Below, one piece after another: positions 44,101 to 56,844 of a stretch of DNA of 64,000 nucleotides. This DNA comes from Eledone cirrhosa (taxonomy: Eukaryota): NCBI GenBank assembly GCA_964016885.1, contig OZ024744.1:77810001-77874000 (forward strand), read 5' to 3'. The position numbers and the translations under genes were made by a program. Below the pieces are notes generated by a model. It was not told the DNA's origin and ran no database searches. It worked only from the letters and a program-made list of their open reading frames with translations. Each line of letters begins with the position of its first letter. Position 1 is the first letter of the stretch.

Positions 44101-46655
44101 ATATAGGCTGTGGTGAGATATAGTCTATGGTGAGTTAAAGTCTATGGTGAGATATAGTCTGTTGTGAGATACATTCTATGGTGACATATAGTCTGTGCTG
44201 AGATATAATCTGTGGTGATATATAGTCTGGGGTCAGATATAGTCTGGGGTGAGATATAGTGTGGGGTGAGATATAGTCTGTGGTGAGATATAGTCTATGG
44301 TGAGATATAGTCTGTGGTGAGATATAGTCTGTAGTGAGATATAGTCTGTGGTGAGATATAGTCTGTGGTGAGATATAGTCTGTAGTCAGATATAGTCTGG
44401 GGTGAGATATAGTCTGTGGTGAGATATAGTCTGTGGTGAGATATAGTCTGTGGTGAGATATAGTCTGGGGTGAGATATAGTCTATGGTGAGATATAGTGT
44501 GGGGTGAGATATAGTCTGTAGTCAGATATAGTCTGGGGTGAGATATAGTGTGGGGTGAGATATAGTCTGTAGTCAGATATAGTCTGGGGTGAGATATAGT
44601 CTATGGTGAGATATAGTCTGTAGTGAGATATAGTCTGTGGTGAGATATAGTCTGTAGACAAATATAGTCTGGGGTGAGATATAGGCTGGGGTGAGATATA
44701 GTCTGTGGTGAGATATAGTGTGGGGTGAGATATAGTCTGTGGTGAGATATAATCTGTGGTGAGATATAGTCTGTAGTGAGATATAGTCTGGGCTGAGATA
44801 TAGTCTGGGGTGAGATATAGTGTGGGGTTTGATATAGTCTGTGGTGAGATATAGTCTGGGCTGAGATATAGTCTGTGGTGAGATATAGTCTATGGTGAGA
44901 TATAGTCTGTGGTGATATATAGTCTGGGGTGAGATATAGTCTGTGGTGAGATATAGTGTGGGGTGAGATAGAGTCTGTAGTCAGATATGGTCTGTGGTGA
45001 GATATAGTCTGTGGTGAGATATAGTCTGGAGTGAGATATAGTCTGTGGTGAGATATAGTGTGGGGTGAGATATAGTCTGTAGTCAGATATAGTCTGGGGT
45101 GGGATATAGTCTATGGTGAGATATAGTCTGTAGGGAGATATAGTCTGTGGTGAGATATAGTCTGTAGTCAAATATAGTCTGGGGTGATATATAGTCTGGG
45201 GTGAGATATAGTCTGTAGTGAGATATAGTCTGTGGTGAGATATAGTGTGTGGTGAGATATAGTCTGTAGTCACATATAGTCTGGGGTGAGATATAGTCTG
45301 GACTGAGATATAGTCTATAGTGAGATATAGTCTGCGGTGAGATATTGTCTGTGGTGTGATATAGTCTGGGGTGAGATATAGTCTGTAGTGTGATATAGTC
45401 TGTGGTGAAATATAGTCTGTGGTGAGATATAGTCTGGGGTGAGATATAGTCTGTAATGAGATATAGTCTGTGGTGAGATATAGTCTGTGGTAAGATATAG
45501 TCTGTGGAGAGATATAGTCTGTGGTGAAATATATTCTGTAGTGAGATATAGTCTCGGGTGAGATATAGTCTCTGGTGAGATATAGTCTGTGATGAGATAT
45601 AGTCTGCGGTGAGATATAGTCTGTAGTGAGATGTAGTATGTGGTGAGATATAGTCTGGGGTGAGATATAGTCTGTGGTGAGATATAGTCTGGGGTGAGAT
45701 ATAGTCTGGGGTTTGATATAGTTTGTGGTGAGATATAGTCTGGGGTGAGATATAGTCTGTAGTGAGATATAGTCTATGGTGAGATATAGTCAGTGGTGAG
45801 ATATAGTGTGGAATGAGATATACTCTATGGTGAGATATAGTCTGGGGTGAGATATAGTCTGTGGTGAGATATAGTCTGGGGTGAGATATAGTCTGTAGTG
45901 AGATATAGTCTGTAGTGAGATATAGTCTGTGGTAGGATATAGTCTGGGGTGAGATATAGTCTGTAGTGAGATATAGTCTGTAGTGAGATATAGTCTATGG
46001 TGAGATATAGTCTGTTGTGAGATATAGTCTGTGGTGAGATACAGTCTGGAGTGAGATATACGCGATGGTGAGATATAGTCTGTGGTGAGATATAGTCTGG
46101 GGTGAGATATAGTCTGTAGTGAGATATAGTCTGTAGTGAGATATATTCTGTGGTAGGATATAGTCTGTGGTGAGATAGCGTCTGTGGTGAGATATAGTCT
46201 GTGGTGAGATATAGGCTGTGGTGAGATATAGGCTGTGGTGAGATATAGTCTATGGTGAGATATGGTCTGTGGTGAGATATAGTCTGTGGTGAGATATAGT
46301 CTGTGGTGAGATATAGTCTGTGGTGAGATATAGGCTGTGGTGAGATATAGGCTGTGGTGAGATATAGTCTATGGTGTGTTATAGTCTATGGTGAGATATA
46401 GTCTGTCGTGAGATACATTCTATGGTGACATATAGTCTGTGCTGAGATATAATCTGGGGTGAGATATAGTCTGTAGTGAGATATAGTCTGTAGTGAGATA
46501 TAGTCTGGACTGAGATATAGTCTGTAGTGAGATATAGTCTGTAGTGAGATATATTCTGTGGTAGGATATAGTCTGTGGTGAGATAGCGTCTGTGGTGAGA
46601 TATAGTCTGTGGTGAGATATAGTCTGTGGTGAGATATAGTCTGTGGTGAGATATA
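35130..46655. repeat. 5,729-bp (337-monomer) tandem duplication, copies at ~35130-40860 and ~40860-46655
   Basis: Identical ORF pairs sit at 35336/41065, 35784/41513 and 39161/44890, and gatataaactg at 35192/40921. 5729 = 337x17 exactly. Confidence 0.9.
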
Positions 46656-49200
46656 GTCTGGGGTGAGATATAGTCTGTGGTGAGATATAGTGCGGGGTGA
46701 GATATAGTCTGTAGTCAGATATAGTCTGGGGTGAGATATAGTCTGGACTGAGATATAGTCTATAGTGAGATATAGTCTGGGGTGAGATATTGTCTGGGGT
46801 GAGATATAGTCTGGAGTGACATATAGTCTGTGTTGAGATATAGTCTATGGTGAGATATAGTCTGTAGTGTGATATAATCTGTGGTGAGATATAGTCTGTG
46901 GTGAGATATAGTCTGGGGTGAGATATAGTCTGTAATGAGATATAGTCTGTGGTGAGATATAGTCTGTGGTAAGTTATAGTCTGTGGTGAGATATAGTCTG
47001 TGGTGAGATATATTCTGTAGTGAGATATAGTCTGTAGTGAGATATAGACTGTTGTGAGATATAGTCCGGGGTGAGATATAGTCTGTAGTGAGATATAGTC
47101 TGTGGTGAGATATAGTCTGGGGTTTGATATAGTTTGTGGTGAGATATAGTCTGGGGTGAGATATAGTCTGTAGTGCGATATAGTCTATGGTGAGATATAG
47201 TCCGTGGTGAGATATAGTCTGGAGTGAGATATACTCTATGGTGAGATATAGTCTGGGGTGAGATATAGTCTGTGGTGAGATATAGTCTGGGGTGAGATAT
47301 AGTCTCTAGTGAGATATAGTCTGTATTGAGATATAGTCTGTGGTAGGATATAGTCTGTGGTGAGATAGCGTCTGTGGTGATATATAGGCTGTGGTGAGAT
47401 ATAGGCTGTGGTGAGATATAGTCTATGGTGAGTTATAGTCTATGGTGAGATATAGTCTGTTGTGAGATACATTCTATGGTGACATATAGTCTGTGCTGAG
47501 ATATAATCTGGGGTGATATATAGTCTGGGGTCAGATATAGTCTGCGGTGAGATATAGTGTGGGGTGAGATATAGTCTGTGGTGAGATATAGTCTATGGTG
47601 AGATATAGTCTCTGGTGAGATATAGTCTGTAGTGAGATATAGTCTGTGGTGAGATATAGTCTGTGGTGAGATATAGTCTGTGGTGAGATATAGTCTGTAG
47701 TCAGATATAGTCTGGGGTGAGATATAGTCTGTGGTGAGATATAGTCTGTGGTGAGATATAGTCTGTGGTGAGATATAGTCTGGGGTGAGATATAGTCTAT
47801 GGTGAGATATAGTGTGGGGTGAGATATAGTCTGTCGTCAGATATAGTCTGGGGTGAGATATAGTCTATGGTGAGATATAGTCTGTAGTGAGATATAGTCT
47901 GTGGTGAGATATAGTCTGTAGACAAATATAGTCTGGGGTGAGATATAGGTTGGGGTGAGATATAGTCTGTGGTGAGATATAGTGTGGGGTGAGATATAGT
48001 CTGTGGTGAGATATAATCTGTGGTGAGATATAGTCTGTAGTGAGATATAGTCTGGGCTGAGATATAGTCTGGGGTGAGATATAGTCTGGGGTTTGATATA
48101 GTCTGTGGTGAGATATAGTCTGGGCTGAGATATAGTCTGTGGTGAGATATAGTCTATGGTGAGATATAGTCTGTGGTGATATATAGTCTGGGGTGAGATA
48201 TAGTCTGTGGTGAGATATAGTGTGGGGTGAGATAGAGTCTGTAGTCAGATATGGTCTGTGGTGAGATATAGTCTGTGGTGAGATATAGTCTGGAGTGAGA
48301 TATAGTCTGTGGTGAGATATAGTGTGGGGTGAGATATAGTCTGTAGTCAGATATAGTCTGGGGTGGGATATAGTCTATGGTGAGATATAGTCTGTAGGGA
48401 GATATAGTCTGTGGTGAGATATAGTCTATAGTCAAATATAGTCTGGGGTGATATATAGTCTGGGGTGAGATATAGTCTGTAGTGAGATATAGTCTGTGGT
48501 GAGATATAGTGTGTGGTGAGATATAGTCTGTAGTCACATATAGTCTGGGGTGAGATATAGTCTGGACTGAGATATAGTCTATAGTGAGATATAGTCTTCG
48601 GTGAGATATTGTCTGTGGTGTGATATAGTCTGGGGTGAGATATAGTCTGTAGTGTGATATAGTCTGTGGTGAAATATAGTCTGTGGTGAGATATAGTCTG
48701 GGGTGAGATATAGTCTGTAATGAGATTTAGTCTGTGGTGAGATATAGTCTGTGGTAAGATATAGTCTGTGGAGAGATATAGTCTGTGGTGAAATATATTC
48801 TGTAGTGAGATATAGTCTCGGGTGAGATATAGTCTCTGGTGAGATATAGTCTGTGATGAGATATAGTCTGCGGTGAGATATAGTCTGTAGTGAGATATAG
48901 TATGTGGTGAGATATAGTCTGGGGTGAGATATAGTCTGTGGTGAGATATAGTCTGGGGTGAGATATAGTCTGGGGTTTGATATAGTTTGTGGTGAGATAT
49001 AGTCTGGGGTGAGATATAGTCTGTAGTGAGATATAGTCTATGGTGAGATATAGTCAGTGGTGAGATATAGTCTGGAATGAGATATACTCTATGGTGAGAT
49101 ATAGTCTGGGGTGAGATATAGTCTGTAGTGAGATATAGTCTGTAGTGAGATATAGTCTGTGGTAGGATATAGTCTGTGGTGAGATAGCGTCTGTGGTGAG
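43300..49200. repeat. Older ~3.26-3.30-kb (192-194 monomer) duplication, ~43300-45950 versus ~46600-49200
   Basis: tgcggggtga occurs at 43393/46691 (+3298 = 194x17) and ORFs at 44890/48154 (+3264 = 192x17). The copies differ by several substitutions and whole-monomer indels. Confidence 0.8.
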
Positions 49201-52200
49201 ATATAGGCTGTGGTGAGATATAGTCTGTGGTGAGATATAGTCTATGGTGAGATATTGTCTGTTGTGAGATACATTCTATGGTGACATATAGTCTGTGGTG
49301 AGATATAGTCTGTGGTGAGATATAGTCTGTGATGAGATATAGTCTGGGGTGAGATATAGTCTGTGGTGAGATATAGTCTGTAGTGAGATATAGTCTGGGG
49401 TGAGATATAGTCTGTAGTCAGATATAGTCTGGGGTGTGATATAGTCTATGGTGAGATATAGTCTGCAGTGAGATATAGTCTGTGGTGAGATATATTCTGT
49501 AGTCAAATATAGTCTGGGGTGAGATATAGTCTGGGGTGAGATATAGTCTGTGGTGAGATATAGTGTGGGGTGAGATATAGTCTGTAGTCAGATATAGTCT
49601 GTAGTCAGATATAGTCTGGGGTGATATATAGTCTGGTCTGTGATATAGTCTGTAGTGAGATATAGTCTGGGGTGAGATATAGTCTGGGGTGAGATATAGT
49701 CTGGGGTGAGATATAGTCTGTGGTGAGATATAGTCTATGGTGAGATATAGTCTGTAGTGAGATATAGTCTGTCGTGAGATATAGTCTGTGGTGAGATATA
49801 GTCTGTGGTAGGATATAGTCTATGGTGAGATATAGTCTGTTGTAAGATATAGTCTGTGTTGAGATATAGTCTGGGGTGAGATATAGTCTGTGGTGAGATA
49901 TAGTCTGATGTGAGAGATAGTCTGTGGTGAGATATCGTCTGTGGTGAGATATAGTCTGTGGTGAGATATAATCTGTGCTGAGATATAATCTGTGGTGAGA
50001 TATAGTCTGTAGTGAGATATAGTCTGTAGTTAGATATAGTCTGTGGTGAGATATAGTGTGGGGTGAGATATAGTCTGTAGTCAGATATAGTCTGGGGTTT
50101 GATATAGTCTGTGGTGAGATATAGTCTCGGGTGAGATATAGTCTCGGGTGAGATATAGTCTATGGTGAGATATAGTCTGTGGTGATATATAGTCTGGGGT
50201 GAGATATAGTCTGTGGTGAGATATAGTGTGGGGTGAGATAGAGTCTGTAGTCAGATATAGTCTGGGGTGAGATATAGCGTGTGGTGAGATATAGTCTGTA
50301 GTGAGATATAGTCTGTGGCGATATATAGTCTGGGGTGAGATATAGTCTGTGGTGAGATATAGTGTGGGGTGAGATATAGTCTGTAGTCAGATATAGTCTG
50401 GGGTGGGATATAGTCTATCGTGATATATAGTTTGTAGGAGATATCCTCTGTGGTGAGATATAGTCTGTAGGCAAATATAGTCTGGGATGAGATATAGTCT
50501 GGGGTGAGATATAGTCTGAAGTGAGATATAGTCTGTGGTGAGATAGCGTCTGTGGTGAGATATAGTCTGTGGTGAGATATAGGCTGTGGTGAGATATAGG
50601 CTGTGGTGAGATATAGTCTATGGTGAGTTATAGTCTATGGTGAGATATAGTCTGTCGTGAGATACATTCTATGGTGACATATAGTCTCTGCTGAGATATA
50701 ATCTGGGGTGTTATATAGTCTAGGTCAGATATAATCTGGGGTGAGATATAGTCTGTAGTGAGATATAGTCTGTGGTGAGATATAGTCTGTGGTGAGATAT
50801 AGTGCGGGGTGAGATATAGTCTGTAGTGCGATGTAGTCTATAGTGAGATATAGTCCGTGGTGAGATATAGTCTGGAGTGAGATATACTCTATGGTGAGAT
50901 ATAGTCTGGGGTGAGATATAGTCTGTGGTGAGATATAGTCTGTGTAAGATATAGTGTGGTGTGAGATAGAGTCTGTAGTCAGATATAGTCTGGGGTGAGA
51001 TATAGTCTGTGGTGAGATATAGTCTGTGGTGAGATATAGTCTGGGGTGAGATATAGTCTGTGGTGAGATATAGTGCGAGGTGAGATATAGTCTGTAGTGC
51101 GATATAGTCTATAGTGAGATATAGTCCGTGGTGAGATATAGTCTGGAGTGAGATATACTCTATGGTGAGATATAGTCTGGGGTGAGATATAGTCTGTGGT
51201 GAGATATAGTCTGGGGTGAGATATAGTCTGTAGTGAGATATAGTCTGTGGTAGGATATAGTCTGTGTTAAGATTGCGTCTGTGGTGAGATATAGGCTGTG
51301 GTGAGATATAGTCTATTGTGAGATACATTCTATGGTGACATATAGTCTGTGCTGAGTTATAATCTGGGGTTATATATAGTCAGGAGTCAGATATAGTCTG
51401 GGGTGAGATATAGTGTGGGGTGAGATAGAGTTTGTAGTCAGATATAGTCTGGGGTGAGATATAGTCTGTGGTGAGATATAGTCTGTGGTGAGATATAATC
51501 TTTGGTGAGATATAGTCTGGGGTGAGATATAGTCTGTGGTGAGATATAGTGTGGGGTGAGATATATTCTGTAGTCAGATATAGTCTGGGGTGAGATATAG
51601 TCTATGGTGAGATATAGTCTGTTGTGAGATATAGTTTTGGTGAGATATAGTCTGTAGTCAAATATAGTCTGGGGTGAGATATAGGCTGGGGTGAGATATA
51701 GTCTGTGGTGAGATATAGTGTGGGGTGAGGTATAGTCTGTAGTCAGATATAGTCTGGGGTGAGTTATAGTCTGGTCTGAGATATAGTCTGTAGTGAGATA
51801 TAGTCTGGGGTGAGATATAGTCTGGGTGAGATATAGTCTGGGGTGAGATATAGTCTGTGGTAAGATATAGTCTATGGTGAGATATAGTCTATGGTGTGAT
51901 ATAGGCTGGTGTGAGATATAATCTGTGGTTAGGTATAGTCTGGGGTGAGATATAGTCTGTGGTGAGATATAGTCTATGGTGAGATATATTCTGTAGTGAG
52001 ATATAGTCTGTTATGAGATATTGTCTGTGGTGAGATATAGTCTGTGGTAGGATATAGTCTATGGTGAGATATAGTCTGTTGTAAGATATAGTCTGTGGTG
52101 AGATATAGTCTGTTGTGAGATATAGTGTGTGGTGAGATATAGTCTGGTGTGAGATATACTCTGTAGTGAGATATAGGCTGTGGTGAGATGTAATCTATGG

Positions 52201-53384
52201 TGAGATATAGTCTGTGGTGAGATATAGTCTGTGGTGAGATATAGTCTGGGGTGAGATATAGTCTGGGTTGAGATATACTCTCAGGTGAGATATAGTCTGA
52301 TGTGAGATATAGTCTGGGGTGAGATATGGTCTGTGGTGAGATATAGTCTGTTGTGAGAGATAGTGTGTGGTGAGACATAGTCTGTGGTGAGATATAGTCT
52401 TTGGTGAGATATAGTCTGTGGTAAGATATAGTCTGTAGTGAGATATAGTCTGTGGTGAGATATAATCTGTGGTGAGTTATAGTCTGTAGTGAGATATAGT
52501 CTGTAGTGAGATATAGTGTGGGGTGAGATATAGTCTGTGGTGAGATAAAGTCTATGGTGAGATATAGTCTGTGGTGATATATAGTCTGTGGTGAGATATA
52601 GTCTGTAGTGAGATAGAGTCTGTAGTCAAATATAGTCTGGGGTGAGATATAGTGTTTGGTGAGATATGGTCTGTAGTGAGATATAGTCTGTGGTGAGATA
52701 TAGTCTGTGGTGAGATATAGTCTGGGTGAGATATAGTCTGTTGTGAGATATAGTGTGGGGTGAGATATAGTCTGTAGTCAGATATAGTCTGGGGTGGGAT
52801 ATAGTCTATCGTGAGATATAGTCTGTAGGGAGATATATTCTGTGGTGAGATATAGTCTGTAGTCAAATATAGTCTGCGGTGAGATATAGTCTGGACTGAG
52901 ATATAGTCTATAGTGAGATATAGTCGTCTGGGGTGAGATATTGTCTTGGGTGAGATATAGTCTGGTGTGAGATATAGTCTGGGTTGAGATATACTCTCAG
53001 GTGAGATATAGTCTGATGTGAGATATGGTCTGTGGTGAGATATAGTCTTTTGTGAGAGATAGTGTGTGGTGAGATATAGTCTGGGGTGAGATATGGTCTG
53101 TGGTGAGATATAGTCTGTTGTGAGAGATAGTGTGTGGTGAGATATAGTCTGTGGTGAGATATAGTCTTTGGTGAGATATAGTCTGTGGTGAGATATAGTC
53201 TGTGGTGAGATATAGTCTGTGGTGAGATATAATCTGTGGTGAGTTATAGTCTGTAGTGAGATATAGTCTGTAGTGAGATATAGTCTGGGGTGAGATATAG
53301 TCTGGGGTGTGATATAGTCTGTGGTGAGATACAGTCTGGGGTGAGATATAGTCTTTGGTGAGATATAGTCTGTGGTGAGATATA

Positions 53385-56300
53385 GTCTGTGGTGAGATAT
53401 AGTCTGGGGTGAGATATAGTCTGTGGTGAGATATAGTGTGGTGTGAGAAATAGTCTGTAGTCAAATATAGTCTGGGGTGAGATATAGTCTGTGGTGAGAT
53501 ATAGTCTGTAGTCAAATATAGTCTGGGGTGAGATATAGTCTGTGGTGAGATATAGTCTGTAGTGAGATATAGTCTGTGGTGAGATATAGTCTGTGGTGAG
53601 ATATAGTCTGGGGTGAGATATAGTCTGTGGTGAGATATATTCTGGGGTGAGATATAGTCTGTAGTCAAATATAGTCTGGGGTGAGATATAGTCTGTGGGG
53701 AGATATAGTCTGGGGTGACATATAGTCTGAAGTGAGATATAGTCTGTGGAGAGATATAGTCTGTGGTGAGATATAGTCTGTGGTGAGATATAGTCTGTAG
53801 TCAAATATAGTCTGGGGTGAGATATGGTCTGTGGTGAGATATATTCTGGGGTGAGATATAGTCTATAGTGAGATATAGACTGTGGTAAGATATAGTATGG
53901 GGTGAGATATACTCTATAGTCAGATATAGTCTGGGGTGATATATAGTGTGGTCTGAGATATAGTCTGTGGTGAGATATAGTCTGTGGTGAGATATAGTCT
54001 ATGGGGAAATATAGTCTGTAGTGTGATATAGTTTGTGGTGAGATATAGTCTGTGTTAGGATATAGTCTGTGGTGAGATAGAGTCTGTGGTGAGATATAGT
54101 CTGTTGTGAGATATAGTCTGTGGTGAGATATAGTCTGGGATGAGATATAGTCTGTAGTCAAATATAGTCTGTGGTGAGATATATTCTGGGGCGAAATATA
54201 GTCTGTGGTGAGATATAGCCTGGGGTGAGATATAGTCTGTGGTGTGATATAGTCTGGGGTGAGATATAGTCTGTAGTCAAATATAGTCTGTGGTGAGATA
54301 TATTCTGGGGCGAAATATAGTCTGTGGTGAGATATAGCCTGGGGTGAGATATAGTCTGTGGTGTGATATAGTCTGGGGTGAGATATAGTCTGTGGTGAGA
54401 TATAGTGTGGAGTGAGATATAGTCTGTAGTCAATTATAGTCTGGGGTAAGATATAGTCTGTGGTGAGATATAGTCTGTAGTCAAATATAGTCTGGGGTGA
54501 GATATAGTCTGTGGTGAGATATAGTCTGGGGTGAGATATAGTCTGTGGGGAGATATAGTCTGGGGTGAGATATAGTCTGAAGTGAGATATAGTCTGGGGT
54601 GAGATATAGTCTGTAGTCAAATATAGTCTGGGGTGAAGATATAGTCTGTGGTGAGATATAGACTGTAGTGAGATATAGTCTGTGGTGAGATATAGTCTGG
54701 GGTGAGATATAGTCTGTAGTCAAATATAGTCTGGGGTGAAGATAAAGTCTGTGGTGAGATATAGACTGTAGTGAGATATAGTCTGTGGTGAGATACAGTC
54801 TGGGGTGAGATATGGTCTGTGGTGAGATATATTCTGGGGTGAGATATAGTCTATAGTGAGATATAGACTGTGGTAAGATATAGTGTGGGGTGAGATATAC
54901 TCTATAGTCAGATATAGTCTGGGGTGATATATAGTGTGGTCTGAGATATAGTCTGTAGTGAGATATAGTTTGGGGTGAGATATAGTCTGGGGTGAGATAT
55001 AGTCTGTAGTGAGATATAGTCTATGGGGAAATATAGTCTGTAGTGTGATATAGTTTGTGGTGAGATATAGTCTGTGTTAGGATATAGTCTGTGGTGAGAT
55101 AGAGTCTGTGGTGAGATATAGTCTGGGGTGAGATATAGTCTGTGGTGAGATATAGTGTGGTGTGAGAAATAGTCTGTAGTCAAATATAGTCTGGGGTGAG
55201 ATATAGTCTGTGGTGAGATATAGTCTGTAGTCAAATATAGTCTGGGGTGAGATATAGTCTGTGGTGAGATATAGTCTGTAGTGAGATATAGTCTGTGGTG
55301 AGATATAGTCTGTGGTGAGATATAGTCTGGGGTGAGATATAGTCTGTGGTGAGATATATTCTGGGGTGAGATATAGTCTGTAGTCAAATATAGTCTGGGG
55401 TGAGATATAGTCTGTGGGGAGATATAGTCTGGGGTGACATATAGTCTGAAGTGAGATATAGTCTGTGGAGAGATATAGTCTGTGGTGAGATATAGTCTGT
55501 GGTGAGATATAGTCTGTAGTCAAATATAGTCTGGGGTGAGATATGGTCTGTGGTGAGATATATTCTGGGGTGAGATATAGTCTATAGTGAGATATAGACT
55601 GTGGTAAGATATAGTATGGGGTGAGATATACTCTATAGTCAGATATAGTCTGGGGTGATATATAGTGTGGTCTGAGATATAGTCTGTGGTGAGATATAGT
55701 CTGTGGTGAGATATAGTCTATGGGGAAATATAGTCTGTAGTGTGATATAGTTTGTGGTGAGATATAGTCTGTGTTAGGATATAGTCTGTGGTGAGATAGA
55801 GTCTGTGGTGAGATATAGTCTGTTGTGAGATATAGTCTGTGGTGAGATATAGTCTGGGATGAGATATAATCTGTAGTCAAATATAGTCTGTGGTGAGATA
55901 TATTCTGGGGCGAAATATAGTCTGTGGTGAGATATAGCCTGGGGTGAGATATAGTCTGTGGTGTGATATAGTCTGGGGTGAGATATAGTCTGTAGTCAAA
56001 TATAGTCTGTGGTGAGATATATTCTGGGGCGAAATATAGTCTGTGGTGAGATATAGCCTGGGGTGAGATATAGTCTGTGGTGTGATATAGTCTGGGGTGA
56101 GATATAGTCTGTGGTGAGATATAGTGTGGAGTGAGATATAGTCTGTAGTCAATTATAGTCTGGGGTAAGATATAGTCTGTGGTGAGATATAGTCTGTAGT
56201 CAAATATAGTCTGGGGTGAGATATAGTCTGTGGTGAGATATAGTCTGGGGTGAGATATAGTCTGTGGGGAGATATAGTCTGGGGTGAGATATAGTCTGAA

Positions 56301-56844
56301 GTGAGATATAGTCTGGGGTGAGATATAGTCTGTAGTCAAATATAGTCTGGGGTGAAGATATAGTCTGTGGTGAGATATAGACTGTAGTGAGATATAGTCT
56401 GTGGTGAGATATAGTCTGGGGTGAGATATAGTCTGTAGTCAAATATAGTCTGGGGTGAAGATAAAGTCTGTGGTGAGATATAGACTGTAGTGAGATATAG
56501 TCTGTGGTGAGATACAGTCTGGGGTGAGATATGGTCTGTGGTGAGATATATTCTGGGGTGAGATATAGTCTATAGTGAGATATAGACTGTGGTAAGATAT
56601 AGTGTGGGGTGAGATATACTCTATAGTCAGATATAGTCTGGGGTGATATATAGTGTGGTCTGAGATATAGTCTGTAGTGAGATATAGTTTGGGGTGAGAT
56701 ATAGTCTGGGGTGAGATATAGTCTGTAGTGAGATATAGTCTATGGGGAAATATAGTCTGTAGTGTGATATAGTTTGTGGTGAGATATAGTCTGTGTTAGG
56801 ATATAGTCTGTGGTGAGATAGAGTCTGTGGTGAGATATAGTCTG
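53385..56844. repeat. 1,719-bp (101-monomer) tandem duplication, copies at ~53385-55104 and ~55104-56844
   Basis: ORF pairs sit at 54158/55877 and 54481/56200, with ORF ends at 54620/56339. 1719 = 101x17 + 2, matching two 18-bp monomers (ggggtgaagat at ~54630 and ~54733). Confidence 0.9.
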
